DNA of 64,000 nt from a virus. The notes beneath the pieces are model-generated. The model saw nothing but the letters and a program-made list of their open reading frames with translations. It was not told the origin of the DNA and did not search any database. Made by a program: the position numbers and the translations under genes. Shown in pieces: positions 46,162 through 55,448 of the stretch (its first letter is position 1; every line of letters starts with the position of its first letter). The stretch is from IMG/VR virus record IMGVR_UViG_3300045988_159010, one strand, 5' to 3'.

Positions 46162-46437
46162 TTAAATCCTTTCGTTATAGGGGATGCGGCTATAACCCAT
46201 AATCATAGGCCATAACATCTTAATCAAATCTGGATAAGAAGTTAGAGTGCTTAAATATTCTATCTTCTTTTCTTCTACTATTGGTGTATATGCCGGACGA
46301 GAATGTTCTTTTTTAAGTTCTACCAAGTTTTTTGCCAATTGAACTCTTTCGTCCAAAAGGCGTACTATCTTCTCATCATATGCGGCAATCTCGTTTCGCA
46401 TTTCAGTTGCACGATCAAGGTATTCATCAAGGTTCAT
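46162..46437 (-). CDS. AroQ-class chorismate-mutase-like protein (91 aa)
   Basis: MRNEIAAYDEKIVRLLDERVQLAKNLVELKKE aligns with E. coli CM [30 protein letters not shown] (R11, D18-E19-K20, R28, K39 equivalents conserved). Confidence 0.5.
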   Translation of the reverse strand: MNLDEYLDRATEMRNEIAAYDEKIVRLLDERVQLAKNLVELKKEHSRPAYTPIVEEKKIEYLSTLTSYPDLIKMLWPMIMGYSRIPYNERI

Positions 46438-46724
46438 GCGTCACGCCACCTAACAATCATTGTATTATCTTGGAAATATTGAGTTGTAAAGTTATTAGAA
46501 TTAAGAATTTCTTGAAGTTTCTTAACGGTATAATTGTTCGACGAGGGAGTATCATCGGGAGAAATGACAATGGTATAAGCATAAGCACCATTTGTTGCCG
46601 CTTGCAGCATGGCTGGGGTATTATTTGCGATGATTTGTTCTGCCTTTTCAGTTGCCCGACGCTCTTTATTGACTTCTGCTTCTGATGTAAGAGTAGTAAG
46701 CTTAGCGAATAAGGTTTTATCCAT
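46434..46724 (-). CDS. hypothetical protein (96 aa)
   Basis: ORF. Confidence 0.4.
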   Translation of the reverse strand: MDKTLFAKLTTLTSEAEVNKERRATEKAEQIIANNTPAMLQAATNGAYAYTIVISPDDTPSSNNYTVKKLQEILNSNNFTTQYFQDNTMIVRWRDA

Positions 46725-46784
46725 TTCTTATTTCTCCTCTATTCTTTATATATATATTTTATAATATTTTTATTTATTTTTCAA

Positions 46785-46985
46785 TTAAAACGGATATTGA
46801 ATGTTTCGGCGAAGTCTCTCATATGCAGCAATATAATAGATTCTATCATCACATTTGTATTTAGCTTTTCTGCCGCTCCAAAAGGTAACATAAATAGTAT
46901 TAGTAGTATTGTTGCCTTTTACGAAGCGAATGTCATTTTTTACCTGATGTTTGCGTTGAAGGCCTGTATAGATAGTAATTACCAT
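46785..46985 (-). CDS. hypothetical protein (66 aa)
   Basis: ORF. Confidence 0.35.
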   Translation of the reverse strand: MVITIYTGLQRKHQVKNDIRFVKGNNTTNTIYVTFWSGRKAKYKCDDRIYYIAAYERLRRNIQYPF

Positions 46986-47272
46986 GGGTCAACATCTCCA
47001 TAACTACCATAATATCTCATACTGGTATTATTTGCTGCTTCATTACGGGCCGCACGCATAAGGTCCATCCATTTTTCTTGGGCAACATCCCAATATTTTT
47101 TATCTTGGAAGGAATAAACAGCTATAGTTTCATCAGTATCTCCTGTGACTTGGATTTGCATTTTATATTTTTCATTTGGGTCAGTATAGAAACTAACGTA
47201 GATGATACTTGATGTTTTATAGCAGCAGAGGTTTTTATTATCTGTTGTAAATGTGAAGTAAGGATTAATCAT
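46979..47272 (-). CDS. hypothetical protein (97 aa)
   Basis: ORF. Confidence 0.4.
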   Translation of the reverse strand: MINPYFTFTTDNKNLCCYKTSSIIYVSFYTDPNEKYKMQIQVTGDTDETIAVYSFQDKKYWDVAQEKWMDLMRAARNEAANNTSMRYYGSYGDVDPW

Positions 47273-47466
47273 AGGTCATTAAATACCTCAACTGCATATT
47301 CCCAATCTTTTGGATTATCAAAAACAAATGTTTCAATGCCATGAGATTTAGTTGTAAGGTCCATAGAGAGTTCTGAACCATAGTGGAATTTTGCACTCAT
47401 AACATCATTAACAGCATAGAAAAATGTATCATTGTCATCTGTTGTAAATGTTATAAATCTTTTCAT
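47269..47466 (-). CDS. hypothetical protein (65 aa)
   Basis: ORF. Confidence 0.35.
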   Translation of the reverse strand: MKRFITFTTDDNDTFFYAVNDVMSAKFHYGSELSMDLTTKSHGIETFVFDNPKDWEYAVEVFNDL

Positions 47467-47930
47467 GCAAGGGCCTCCAAGTATTTATCTACTGTTTTAG
47501 TATAGTCGGCATAATCAATCTTTGTATTCCACTTCTGGATATCGGCAAGAATGGCGTCAATGGTTGTAAGAGTAGGTGCGTCGCCATAGTTAGTAGTATC
47601 TACTTCAAATGTGGTTTTAGGAGCAGGCTTAGGGGCGAGTGAGAACTTTTCGCACGCTGCGATATTTTTCTTGAAATTCACTTTTCCATAATTGCCCATA
47701 GTGCCAAGGCAGTAGAGGTTGTCGCGGTCATTAGGGTTAATCATATAGGCGTACATGCAGTCGGGCAGTAGCTTGTGATAGGGGTCATATTCTTTAAGGC
47801 AGTAAATGGTAGTAGCATTAAGTCCGCCCTTGGTGAGTAGCTTCTTTTGGAACTCATTACCATTAAGGACCCAGACTTTTAAGTTGTTGTAGCTACCAAC
47901 TTCGCCATTCTGTTCACGATAATTTGGCAT
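47463..47930 (-). CDS. hypothetical protein (155 aa)
   Basis: ORF. Confidence 0.4.
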   Translation of the reverse strand: MPNYREQNGEVGSYNNLKVWVLNGNEFQKKLLTKGGLNATTIYCLKEYDPYHKLLPDCMYAYMINPNDRDNLYCLGTMGNYGKVNFKKNIAACEKFSLAPKPAPKTTFEVDTTNYGDAPTLTTIDAILADIQKWNTKIDYADYTKTVDKYLEALA

Positions 47931-48145
47931 TTAAGATTTTCCTTTCTTATCTTTTATCTTATATATATTTTATCAAATTTTTTTATATTTTTCCACTATT
48001 TATAAAACCAATAGGTATATTTTTATTTCAACTTATATCAATTAAACTTGTTATAAATTACTTAAAATTTTTTGGGCCACCGCGGTTAAGAATATTGATT
48101 TAATTTTTATATATAGTAGATTAATAAAAGAAAAGGAGAATATAT

Positions 48146-48296
48146 ATGCCAAGTAAACGTGAAGGCTATCATAATATTGCAACTCGTGTTAAGGATGAAG
48201 AGAAGGCACGTATTGATGAATTCTGCAAAGAAAATGATATGAGTGTTTCGCAATTAATTAGAAAAGCCATTAAAGAATATATGGATAAGGAGAAGT
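48146..48296 (+). CDS. ribbon-helix-helix (CopG/Arc-like) DNA-binding protein (50 aa)
   Basis: AAAAGGAGAATATAT-ATG; MPSKREGYHNIATRVKDEEKARIDEFCKENDMSVSQLIRKAIKEYMDKEK. Confidence 0.5.
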
Positions 48297-48485
48297 AATA
48301 TAACAAAATGCCAAATACAAAGATTATTTATTCACTAAAAGTCCATATTTATCTTCAAGGGTTAGGATTTAAATATATTATTGAAATGTAGAATCCTCAA
48401 TATGAATGGTTAAATTGCTGGGTTTATGAAGAAACGCCTGATTTAATGTAGGCTCTTGATACGTATTTCAAGGAGGTACAAAATA

Positions 48486-49008
48486 ATGATAAAAGAATTT
48501 AAAGATACTCCTTGTTTAAAGAATAGTGGTATTATTTATGAAGATACATTTAAATCAGCAAAAGAACTATATGAATTAGACCCTGTTAGAGGGGGAGAAT
48601 TAGCTATGGCTATATTAGAAGTAGCTATGACTGGTGATTATAGTAGTGATGATGCTATGTTTAAAATTATATTAAATCCATTTATTACATAGACTAATAA
48701 GACAGATTAGACTTATAAGAAAAAGAAAGAAGAAGGCAAAGCTAAACAAGTAGCTGAATTATCATTAGATAAAATTGCTGAATATTATAATTAGGGTATG
48801 ACATAGAAATAGATTTCAGATAGATTACATGGGGCTATTACTCAACAGACAGTAAGTGCTCGTTTAAAAAAGATTAAAGAAATGTATCCTGAAATGATAA
48901 ATGAAGAAGAACATAAGAAAAATACAAGTAAAGCGAAGGTTTTACAAGATGAAAAATCTTGTATACAAGACGAAAATGCTTGTAAAAAGGCGGATTTTAA
49001 TTTTTAAG
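48486..49008 (+). CDS. HTH DNA-binding protein (about 173 aa) with six in-frame TAG codons; 3' end runs into the iteron array
   Basis: AGGAGGTACAAAATA-ATG; ...ILNPFIT-TAG-TNKTD-TAG-TYKKKKEEGKAKQVAELSLDKIAEYYN-TAG-GMT-TAG-K-TAG-ISDRLHGAITQQTVSARLKKIKEMYPEMINEE... (HTH) ...KKADFNF-TAA. Confidence 0.45.
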
Positions 49009-49330
49009 CTTGTTTTACAAGGATAGGAAATTTTTGCTTGTAAAAGTTCTTGTAAAAATCTATTTTTACAAGCAATTTTGCTTGTAAAAAATTTTTGCTT
49101 GTAAAATGCTTGTAAAATTTTAAATGAAAGACTTGATTTTTACAAGCAATTTTACAAGCATTTTTATCTACTCCTTGTATTACAAGCATTTTTATTTATT
49201 TTACAAGCAATTTTTACAAGCAATTTTAAATGTTTACAAGAAAATGGATTTTTACAAGCGATACAAGCACAATAAGAATATAAATGTAAATAAGTATTGT
49301 TTGTAAAAGTTTGTATGCTTCGCATACAAG
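49008..49330. repeat. iteron array: about 16 copies of 10-bp unit TTTTACAAGC / GCTTGTAAAA in both orientations within about 320 bp
   Basis: direct reading of repeated units spaced about 10-20 bp. Confidence 0.6.
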
Positions 49331-49500
49331 CTTTAGGGTACTTCCTTTGTGGCGGGTGTCTTCCCCGTGGTAGTGTAGGGTTGATGGGTGTAAAGAAATA
49401 TTTTAAGAAATGAATTGAAAAACGAAATCAAAAATTGAAAGGAAAATATGAATTGAAAAATTATGGATTTCATAAGAACATAAAGAACTATTAGAACTTA

Positions 49501-50070
49501 ATGAATATATATAAAACTCTTGAACCATTATCTAAATTTGTAGAGTATAGAGAATAGGCATATGGTATTCCTCGTATAGCTATGATAGTACCAAATAATT
49601 ATAAAGAGATATGTTTAGAAGATTAGAAACAATTGAGTAAACCATATTGGACTTATAATTAGAATTATTATAGATGGTTTGGCACATAGAAAGAATTTGA
49701 TGCTATGATAGCTAAAATTAAAAAAGAAGAATAGAGATAGATAAGGAAAGATAAAGGAATAAAAGATGGTGGAGTATATGGTGTATATAAAAATGGATAG
49801 TTAATTTATATAGGTAGTACTACTGATTTTAATAAGAGATGGAATGAGCATAAAAGCCATATAAGAAATAAAGATTATAAGCTATATTTTTATAAGTTAA
49901 TTAAACCAGAGGATAATATAGAATTTAAAATATTAATTGATGGTAGTAAATTAAAGGCAGATAAAGCATTAACGGCTACTGATTTAAAGACTATGGAATT
50001 TGCATTAATTACCTTATCTTAGCCTATTGGAAATATAGCAGGTAGATTGTAGCCGTTTAGATATAAATAA
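49501..50070 (+). CDS. GIY-YIG nuclease (about 189 aa) with about 10 in-frame TAG codons
   Basis: MNIYKTLEPLSKFVEYRE-TAG-AYGIPRIAMIVPNNYKEICLED-TAG-K-TAG-LSKPYWTYN-TAG-...GVYGVYKNG-TAG-LIYIGSTTDFNKRWNEHKSH (GIY-YIG). Confidence 0.45.
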
Positions 50071-50422
50071 AGTAGGCTAATATAATAATTAGTCTACTTA
50101 TCTTATAATATAAAATAAGAGTAGTATAAGGTATATTAAATTATATTATAATCAAACATTAATAAAATGTATATAAAATTATATAATTATATTAAAAAAT
50201 CATTAAAAATTGTATTAAAATTGAGCTAAATTGTGTCAAATTACTAAAAATTGAGAAAAGGGTGGCCCTACTGCACCAGTGGCACCCCTATTATTGTTAT
50301 ATCGACCGACAACAAATAATCACTACCCTAATGCAATTATATCTTTTTTTAATATTATATCATATTTTTTTATAAAAGTCAAATTTGACTTTCCAAAAAT
50401 TTCCATTTTAGGCTAAAAAGAA

Positions 50423-50440
50423 AAGGGCATAAGCCCTTTT
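50423..50440 (-). terminator. hairpin AAGGGC-ATAA-GCCCTT with T-run downstream of gene 50443-50838
   Basis: inverted repeat plus TTTTCTTTTT on minus strand. Confidence 0.5.
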
Positions 50441-50442
50441 CC

Positions 50443-50838
50443 TCACCACCCCATCATATCAAGGAACTTATCAATGACTTCATCAGCAGAGCCATTGACC
50501 TTGTATACCTTAGCCTTTACTTTCTCAGCAGGCTTCTCAACCGTCTTACCAAGGTCTTCAATAGCACGACCAATCTTATCAGCCATATCAAAAACCTTCA
50601 TCAGGTCTTCCGGCTTAACCTCAATGTCATAGCCATAGTAATCCTTTGCAAACTTCGCCAAGCCAGTGCAGATAGCCTCTGCATCCGCGGCCATTGTCTG
50701 ATCTCTCTTGGACTTTTCAGCCTGAGCCTTCAACTCTTCTGTTCTCTTGGCCTGTGCCTTGTTCAGTTCATCAGTGATGCTCTTGGCAATATCCTCTGCG
50801 GATTCACCCTTCATCAGACGATCATAAAAATCATACAT
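50443..50838 (-). CDS. hypothetical protein (131 aa), GC-richer gene driven by an AT-rich promoter motif at 50881-50920
   Basis: ORF; TGA stop; compositional contrast with the upstream motif. Confidence 0.5.
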   Translation of the reverse strand: MYDFYDRLMKGESAEDIAKSITDELNKAQAKRTEELKAQAEKSKRDQTMAADAEAICTGLAKFAKDYYGYDIEVKPEDLMKVFDMADKIGRAIEDLGKTVEKPAEKVKAKVYKVNGSADEVIDKFLDMMGW

Positions 50839-50880
50839 ATGTATATTACCTCTTTATAAAGATTTTCAGAACTCTTTATT

Positions 50881-50920
50881 CTGTATATATATTATAAAAT
50901 ATTTTTTTAAAAATTGCAAA
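50881..50920 (-). promoter_or_regulatory. last (rightmost) copy of the AT-rich promoter-like motif
   Basis: CTGTATATATATTATAAAATATTTTTTTAAAAATTGCAAATA. Confidence 0.45.
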
Positions 50921-51137
50921 TATAGTGAGCGAAGCGAACCAGTTTCGGGAAAAACATGCGGCATATGAGAGGCCGCTAGATTGAGCAAAAAATTGCCATA
51001 TGGTAGATTAAACGGAAATTCGGCACATTAGCTCGCTAACGTGCCGCTGGAATCTTATGTAAATTTACATAAATTTCCTTGGAAAAATTTTCCAATTATG
51101 ATTCCAAAAATTGGAATGGGATTTTCTCCCATTCCAA

Positions 51138-51500
51138 TTATTTCCTTGGACGCATCAGGGTCAACCGGTATTTAATTCCATTGTAAGTAAATTCCATTTC
51201 TCGTTCTGGATTTGTAATGGTAATATTACCCAAATCCAAATCGGGATAGGCATCTTCCAAAGAACTTTCCAAATACTGGATTAGCTCCCTTTTATCTTCA
51301 TCAGGCTTGCGTTCCCGTTTTACATTTTCCACTTTCTTCCGGTCAGCACGTCTTGCCTTTTTCGCTCCTGCTTCAAGCTCCGGCGGCAATTCAAACAGCT
51401 TTTCGCCCCTATCAATTCGCTTATCCATTTCCAAAACTTGGTTAGCTTCTTCAATAGAGATTTTAAGTGAATTTGCCAACTTTTCTGCGGTCATTGACAT
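51138..51500 (-). CDS. hypothetical protein (120 aa); paralogue of 53977-54375
   Basis: shared C-terminal motif ...GIKYRLTLMRPRK versus ...GERFELTLIQKRKPKS. Confidence 0.5.
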   Translation of the reverse strand: MSMTAEKLANSLKISIEEANQVLEMDKRIDRGEKLFELPPELEAGAKKARRADRKKVENVKRERKPDEDKRELIQYLESSLEDAYPDLDLGNITITNPEREMEFTYNGIKYRLTLMRPRK

Positions 51501-51593
51501 TTTACCATCCCATTAGAATTTTGTTTGCTGGGAGCTAGCTAGAACTAGCTGGGAGAAGTAAGGGGAGAAAGCTCCCCTTACTTCTTTTTCCGC

Positions 51594-51971
51594 TCATGCC
51601 TTGGTGTAATAGACACGCCGCTTTTCAGTGGTCTTAATCACCCTGCCATCTTCCACAAGGGTTTTGAGCAGATTCGCTATTTTCTGAGTGGACATATCAT
51701 TCTCATGCTTGGCATTGAAATCAGCCACAACCGGAAGCTCCTTGAGCAGTTCGGCGATAGAGTAGGTGCGGTTGGCTTCCATCTCCTGATAAATCCGCTC
51801 CACCATCTCGGCGTTCTCCACCTGCTGTGCGGTTTCCTTCTTTTCGCCGGACTTCTTGGAAACAGAGGCAAGCAGGGCTTCCAGCTTCTCCCGCACATCA
51901 GATGCAAGGACGATGTTCTCATTGTTCAGAACGGTGTTCAGAGCCTGAGCATAGGTAATCTTCTTTTCCAT
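51594..51971 (-). CDS. hypothetical protein (about 125 aa), family with 22211-22606 and 54422-54808
   Basis: conserved leader AAAGGAATTGATAATT-ATG places the start at MEKKITYAQ; C-terminal GRVIKTTEKRRVYYTKA. Confidence 0.5.
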   Translation of the reverse strand: MEKKITYAQALNTVLNNENIVLASDVREKLEALLASVSKKSGEKKETAQQVENAEMVERIYQEMEANRTYSIAELLKELPVVADFNAKHENDMSTQKIANLLKTLVEDGRVIKTTEKRRVYYTKA

Positions 51972-52199
51972 AATTATCAATTCCTTTCTAGCGGTAGGTC
52001 GCAACCCTTATTTGTTTTGTGTTCCTCTCTTGGAACAATTATATTGTATCACAAACCTATTGATTTGTCAATACCTTATTTTGAATTTTCCACGATTTTT
52101 TTTCGACTTGAATAAAGTATCGCGGAACGCTGGAAGTATTTGTCAGAATGGCAATTTCAATACCGTAGCTATGAAAATTTTGGGAGGGATGGGAGCCTT

Positions 52200-53057
52200 T
52201 TACAGCTCCCAATCACTGTCAAATCTTCCCAACTTTTTATAGGGGAAATATTCAATACCCATCTCAAACTTGTGCTTGGTCTTTTCTCCAATGAGGGCAA
52301 ACAGCATGGATTCAATAATTGCGTCTTCCAATGCAGTATGTGCTTCTTCAAAATCTTCCTGCTGGAAACAATAGGCAAATGCCTTTTCCGCGTTGGTCGG
52401 ATAGTATTTGCCGCTTGCCGTTCTCCACTCATTATCATAACACATCTGCTTATAGTCGGGATTATTCAACAGATGTTCACAAGACAAGCCCCACAGGTCA
52501 AACAGCGGATACGTCTTGCCATGGAAGCGGAAAACATCAGGTTCAAATTCTTTCTGCGAATGGGGCTTGCTTCCGTGGGCGATTGCTTCACATCTATCAT
52601 TCTGATATGCTTCCCACTCAAAGAAATCAGGAGCATAGAGCTTGGAAACATACAGATCAGTGAACGGAATAGCTTTCTTGAAGTCGAACATACTGTTATA
52701 TGCTCCAACAGCTACAACAGCATCCAAATCTTCAATCAGTTCAGCAATAGCCGTATTCCAGTCCGTCAGCTTGATTTCTCCGGCTTTCAGACGGTCAAGA
52801 TAAATCGGCCGCTTGCTTGCATAATATGCAGTATTGAAAACGGCGGGAACACTGAAAATTTCAGAAATGAGATAGGACGCACGCTTGTAGACCTTGCCCC
52901 GAATATCCACAATCTGCCATCCCAAATCATAAATCAGCGGCTTGGCGATTGCGACATCTTTTTTCTGGTTTGCGGGAAACTTTGCGGCATAAGGAAGTGT
53001 CGCAGTTTCACAATCCAGAATCAGGTAATACTTTCGACGCTTATCAAGTTTAGTCAT
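52200..53057 (-). CDS. DnaQ-like DEDDh 3'-5' exonuclease (285 aa)
   Basis: Exo I YYLILDCETATLP, Exo III AHTALEDAIIE. Confidence 0.6.
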   Translation of the reverse strand: MTKLDKRRKYYLILDCETATLPYAAKFPANQKKDVAIAKPLIYDLGWQIVDIRGKVYKRASYLISEIFSVPAVFNTAYYASKRPIYLDRLKAGEIKLTDWNTAIAELIEDLDAVVAVGAYNSMFDFKKAIPFTDLYVSKLYAPDFFEWEAYQNDRCEAIAHGSKPHSQKEFEPDVFRFHGKTYPLFDLWGLSCEHLLNNPDYKQMCYDNEWRTASGKYYPTNAEKAFAYCFQQEDFEEAHTALEDAIIESMLFALIGEKTKHKFEMGIEYFPYKKLGRFDSDWEL

Positions 53058-53290
53058 AGGGTTTCCATCCTTTTAATAATGTCAATCAGGGTTTGCCATC
53101 GCTCCCTCATTGCTCTTATATATTATCACACCTTGCCCAAAATGTCAAGAAGAATATTTATTCATTTTCAATGAATATTTATGCACGCTTTAACACTTTA
53201 ATGTGGTGAAGTGCGGCACTTTAAGGATTTAACACTTTAATCAAATGAAGCGGCAATTTGAGAAAAAAATTGGTAAAACTGGTAAATATT

Positions 53291-53325
53291 GGAAATTCTG
53301 CCCGGCTAGGTCGTGGCCGGGCAGC
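53291..53325 (-). terminator. GC-rich hairpin CTGCCCGGC-N9-GCCGGGCAG followed by CTCAAAA (conserved intergenic module)
   Basis: analogous hairpins at 55078, 57383, 58921, 61103, 62866. Confidence 0.5.
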
Positions 53326-53353
53326 TCAAAATAAAATAGGGGCATTTCTGCCC

Positions 53354-53920
53354 CTATGCGTTCGCCATTACCAAATTGTAATTATTTTCAAAAACTTGTA
53401 AATCTTCGGCAGTCGGTTCAAACGCCTCGAACCTATCGTTTGGAATAAATTTCCGAGTTTTTCTGAAATAGGCTCTCATTAGATTTTCCAGAACCTGGGC
53501 AAGATCATCATTCGGCAACTGGTAAGACTTTACAATTTCAATGTTAGAAATCTTTACCCTGCCGCCTCTTTTGTATTCATGTTTAAGAAGCCCTTGCATC
53601 CTCTTTGCAATTACATTGGCCTTACCAATTTTTGTAAAAACCCATTTACCTGCTTCATCAAACATTTTGATTAGGTAAGTGTTGCTTGTTCCTTCTTCTT
53701 TTGGCCGTCTCTTGGTAACAAACTCACCAATGGCAAGAATTACCTGGTTTACCTTATCCAGAATGTACTTTTTTGCCCAATCCTTGCAAGCGTTGAAAAT
53801 TTCTTCGCAAGCTTCAAACCAATGAGATTTCCAACGCTTGTTTGCATTGTCAAATCTTTCCTTTGCACCCTCAAAATCGTTAGACGAAACATAATCAGAA
53901 TATGTGGGATTTTTTACCAT
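53354..53920 (-). CDS. hypothetical protein (about 188 aa)
   Basis: conserved leader AAAGGTGATAAAA-ATG places the start at MVKNPTYSDY. Confidence 0.45.
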   Translation of the reverse strand: MVKNPTYSDYVSSNDFEGAKERFDNANKRWKSHWFEACEEIFNACKDWAKKYILDKVNQVILAIGEFVTKRRPKEEGTSNTYLIKMFDEAGKWVFTKIGKANVIAKRMQGLLKHEYKRGGRVKISNIEIVKSYQLPNDDLAQVLENLMRAYFRKTRKFIPNDRFEAFEPTAEDLQVFENNYNLVMANA

Positions 53921-53976
53921 TTTTATCACCTTTTTCAATTTTTTTGGAAGAAAATGGGGAAAAATCCCCATTTTCT

Positions 53977-54375
53977 TTAACTTTTCGGCTTTCTTTTCTG
54001 GATAAGGGTCAATTCAAACCGTTCACCGCCACTAGTAAACATAATTGTGCGTTCTTTGTTGGTGATTTCTTCATCCAACACTTCAAAATCTGCCATTTCT
54101 GCCAAATATTTTGACAAACCGGCGATAATCGCACCTTTAATTTCATTAGGTTTACGCGGGCGGTACACGTTGCTTTTCTTGACCGTATGCTCTTTGACAT
54201 TAGCAAGTTTCATCGCCTGCTTATGTTCTTCTGGACTCAAATCAAAATCAACCTTTTGATTGCGGTCAATAGCTTTGTCGGCGTCCAGAATGTCAACTGC
54301 TTCATCAATCGAACATTCCAGCTTGTCAACAAGATTATCGACTTTTGCCCATTCCTTTTCAGTCAATTCTCTCAT
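53977..54375 (-). CDS. hypothetical protein (132 aa); paralogue of 51138-51500
   Basis: shared motif; ORF. Confidence 0.5.
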   Translation of the reverse strand: MRELTEKEWAKVDNLVDKLECSIDEAVDILDADKAIDRNQKVDFDLSPEEHKQAMKLANVKEHTVKKSNVYRPRKPNEIKGAIIAGLSKYLAEMADFEVLDEEITNKERTIMFTSGGERFELTLIQKRKPKS

Positions 54376-54421
54376 AGGCTCTCCTTAATTAGTGGGGCGG
54401 ATTTCTCCGCCCCTTGGTTTA

Positions 54422-54808
54422 TCACGCCTTAGTGTAGAACACGCGACGCTTCTCCGTGGTCTTAATGACCTTGCCACCATCGACCAGCGGCTTCAACAGA
54501 CTTGCGAGCTTCTGAACCGACAGTTCGGTCTCATGGTTGGTGTTCCAGTCATTGACCATCGGAAGCTCCTTCATCAGCTCTGCAACACTGTACTTACGCT
54601 CGAATGCCATCTGCTCATAGATTGCATCAGAGTAGGCGGCGTTTTCTTCCTGCTCCTTAGCCTGCTTCTTGTTCTCTTTCTTGTTTTCCAGAAGCTCAAT
54701 CTGGTGATTGATGAAGTCAATCAGGTCAGTGTCTGCACCATATTGTGCGAGGAAATCAGAAACAGTAGTGAACATTTCCTTACGGGTCGGGGCTTTAATC
54801 TTTTCCAT
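54422..54808 (-). CDS. hypothetical protein (about 128 aa), family with 51594-51971 and 22211-22606
   Basis: AAAAAGGAATTGATACC-ATG; C-terminal GGKVIKTTEKRRVFYTKA. Confidence 0.5.
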   Translation of the reverse strand: MEKIKAPTRKEMFTTVSDFLAQYGADTDLIDFINHQIELLENKKENKKQAKEQEENAAYSDAIYEQMAFERKYSVAELMKELPMVNDWNTNHETELSVQKLASLLKPLVDGGKVIKTTEKRRVFYTKA

Positions 54809-54862
54809 GGTATCAATTCCTTTTTGGTTTTTAAGTGTTTCCTTCACTTGTTGACTTAATTA

Positions 54863-54940
54863 TAGCACATTAGATGGAGATTGTCAAGAGGGAATTTTAT
54901 TTTTTTTACACACGAACCTAGGAAGTTGTGTAGCCCGACT
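54863..54940 (-). promoter_or_regulatory. sigma-A promoter (TTGACA-17-TATAAT: CCCTCTTGACAATCTCCATCTAATGTGCTATAATTAAG on minus strand) bracketed by 13-bp inverted repeats TGTCAAGAGGGAA / TTCCCTCTTGACA
   Basis: canonical hexamers and spacing; the inverted repeat overlaps the -35 (operator-like). Confidence 0.5.
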
Positions 54941-55077
54941 AACTATGTCAAGCACTTTTAGTTGCTGTTCCCTCTTGACATTATGAATTATACCATGTTT
55001 CAGGATTCTTGTCTATTGGCAAAATACACAAAATTTGCATGAAAAAATTGTGTAAAATGCTTAAAAATTAAAATGCC

Positions 55078-55106
55078 GCCCAATTGCGTTGGTAATTGGG
55101 CGGCTC
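55078..55106 (-). terminator. hairpin GCCGCCCAATTGCG-TTGG-TAATTGGGCGGC followed by TCAAATG
   Basis: conserved intergenic module. Confidence 0.5.
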
Positions 55107-55125
55107 AAATGAACCGCCCATTTTT

Positions 55126-55446
55126 TTAGGAATTTTCATCCAAACCGCAAGCAATTTCCAGAAGATTACAGATGTTCAAAACATCATAAATGTCTGGCTG
55201 TTCAAAATCATCATCATCTTCCCACCATTCCCAGCAAATACAACCACAGTATTCACCATTGGCATTCAATGGATAACAATACCAGCCATTTTCAATTTTT
55301 GATGCTTCTCCTAAATTTTTTGGAAACCAGTAATCTTTTACCGTGGTATTATAACTTATAACGGGAAGACCATCTGCACCATAAATTACAACTGGCATTT
55401 CATTTCTTCTAAACCAAGCCATAATAACCTTAATAAAAAAAGCCAT
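55126..55446 (-). CDS. hypothetical protein (about 106 aa)
   Basis: ORF; GGAGGATTGAAA-ATG. Confidence 0.45.
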   Translation of the reverse strand: MAFFIKVIMAWFRRNEMPVVIYGADGLPVISYNTTVKDYWFPKNLGEASKIENGWYCYPLNANGEYCGCICWEWWEDDDDFEQPDIYDVLNICNLLEIACGLDENS

Positions 55447-55448
55447 TT

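Noticed and set aside
1-48000. Fragmented and truncated ORFs in the supplied track interpreted as pseudogenes or sequencing frameshifts
   Set aside because: Breaks are always in-frame TAG codons, never frameshifts. Flanking fragments are in the same frame and carry consecutive parts of known domains (rSAM, MetK, GIY-YIG, Dcm). Systematic TAG reassignment explains all of them.
49008-49330. Possible CRISPR array (many short repeats)
   Set aside because: The units are 10 bp. They occur in both orientations, with irregular 0-20 bp spacing and no unique spacers of 25-40 bp. This is iteron/operator-like, not CRISPR. No cas genes are in the window.
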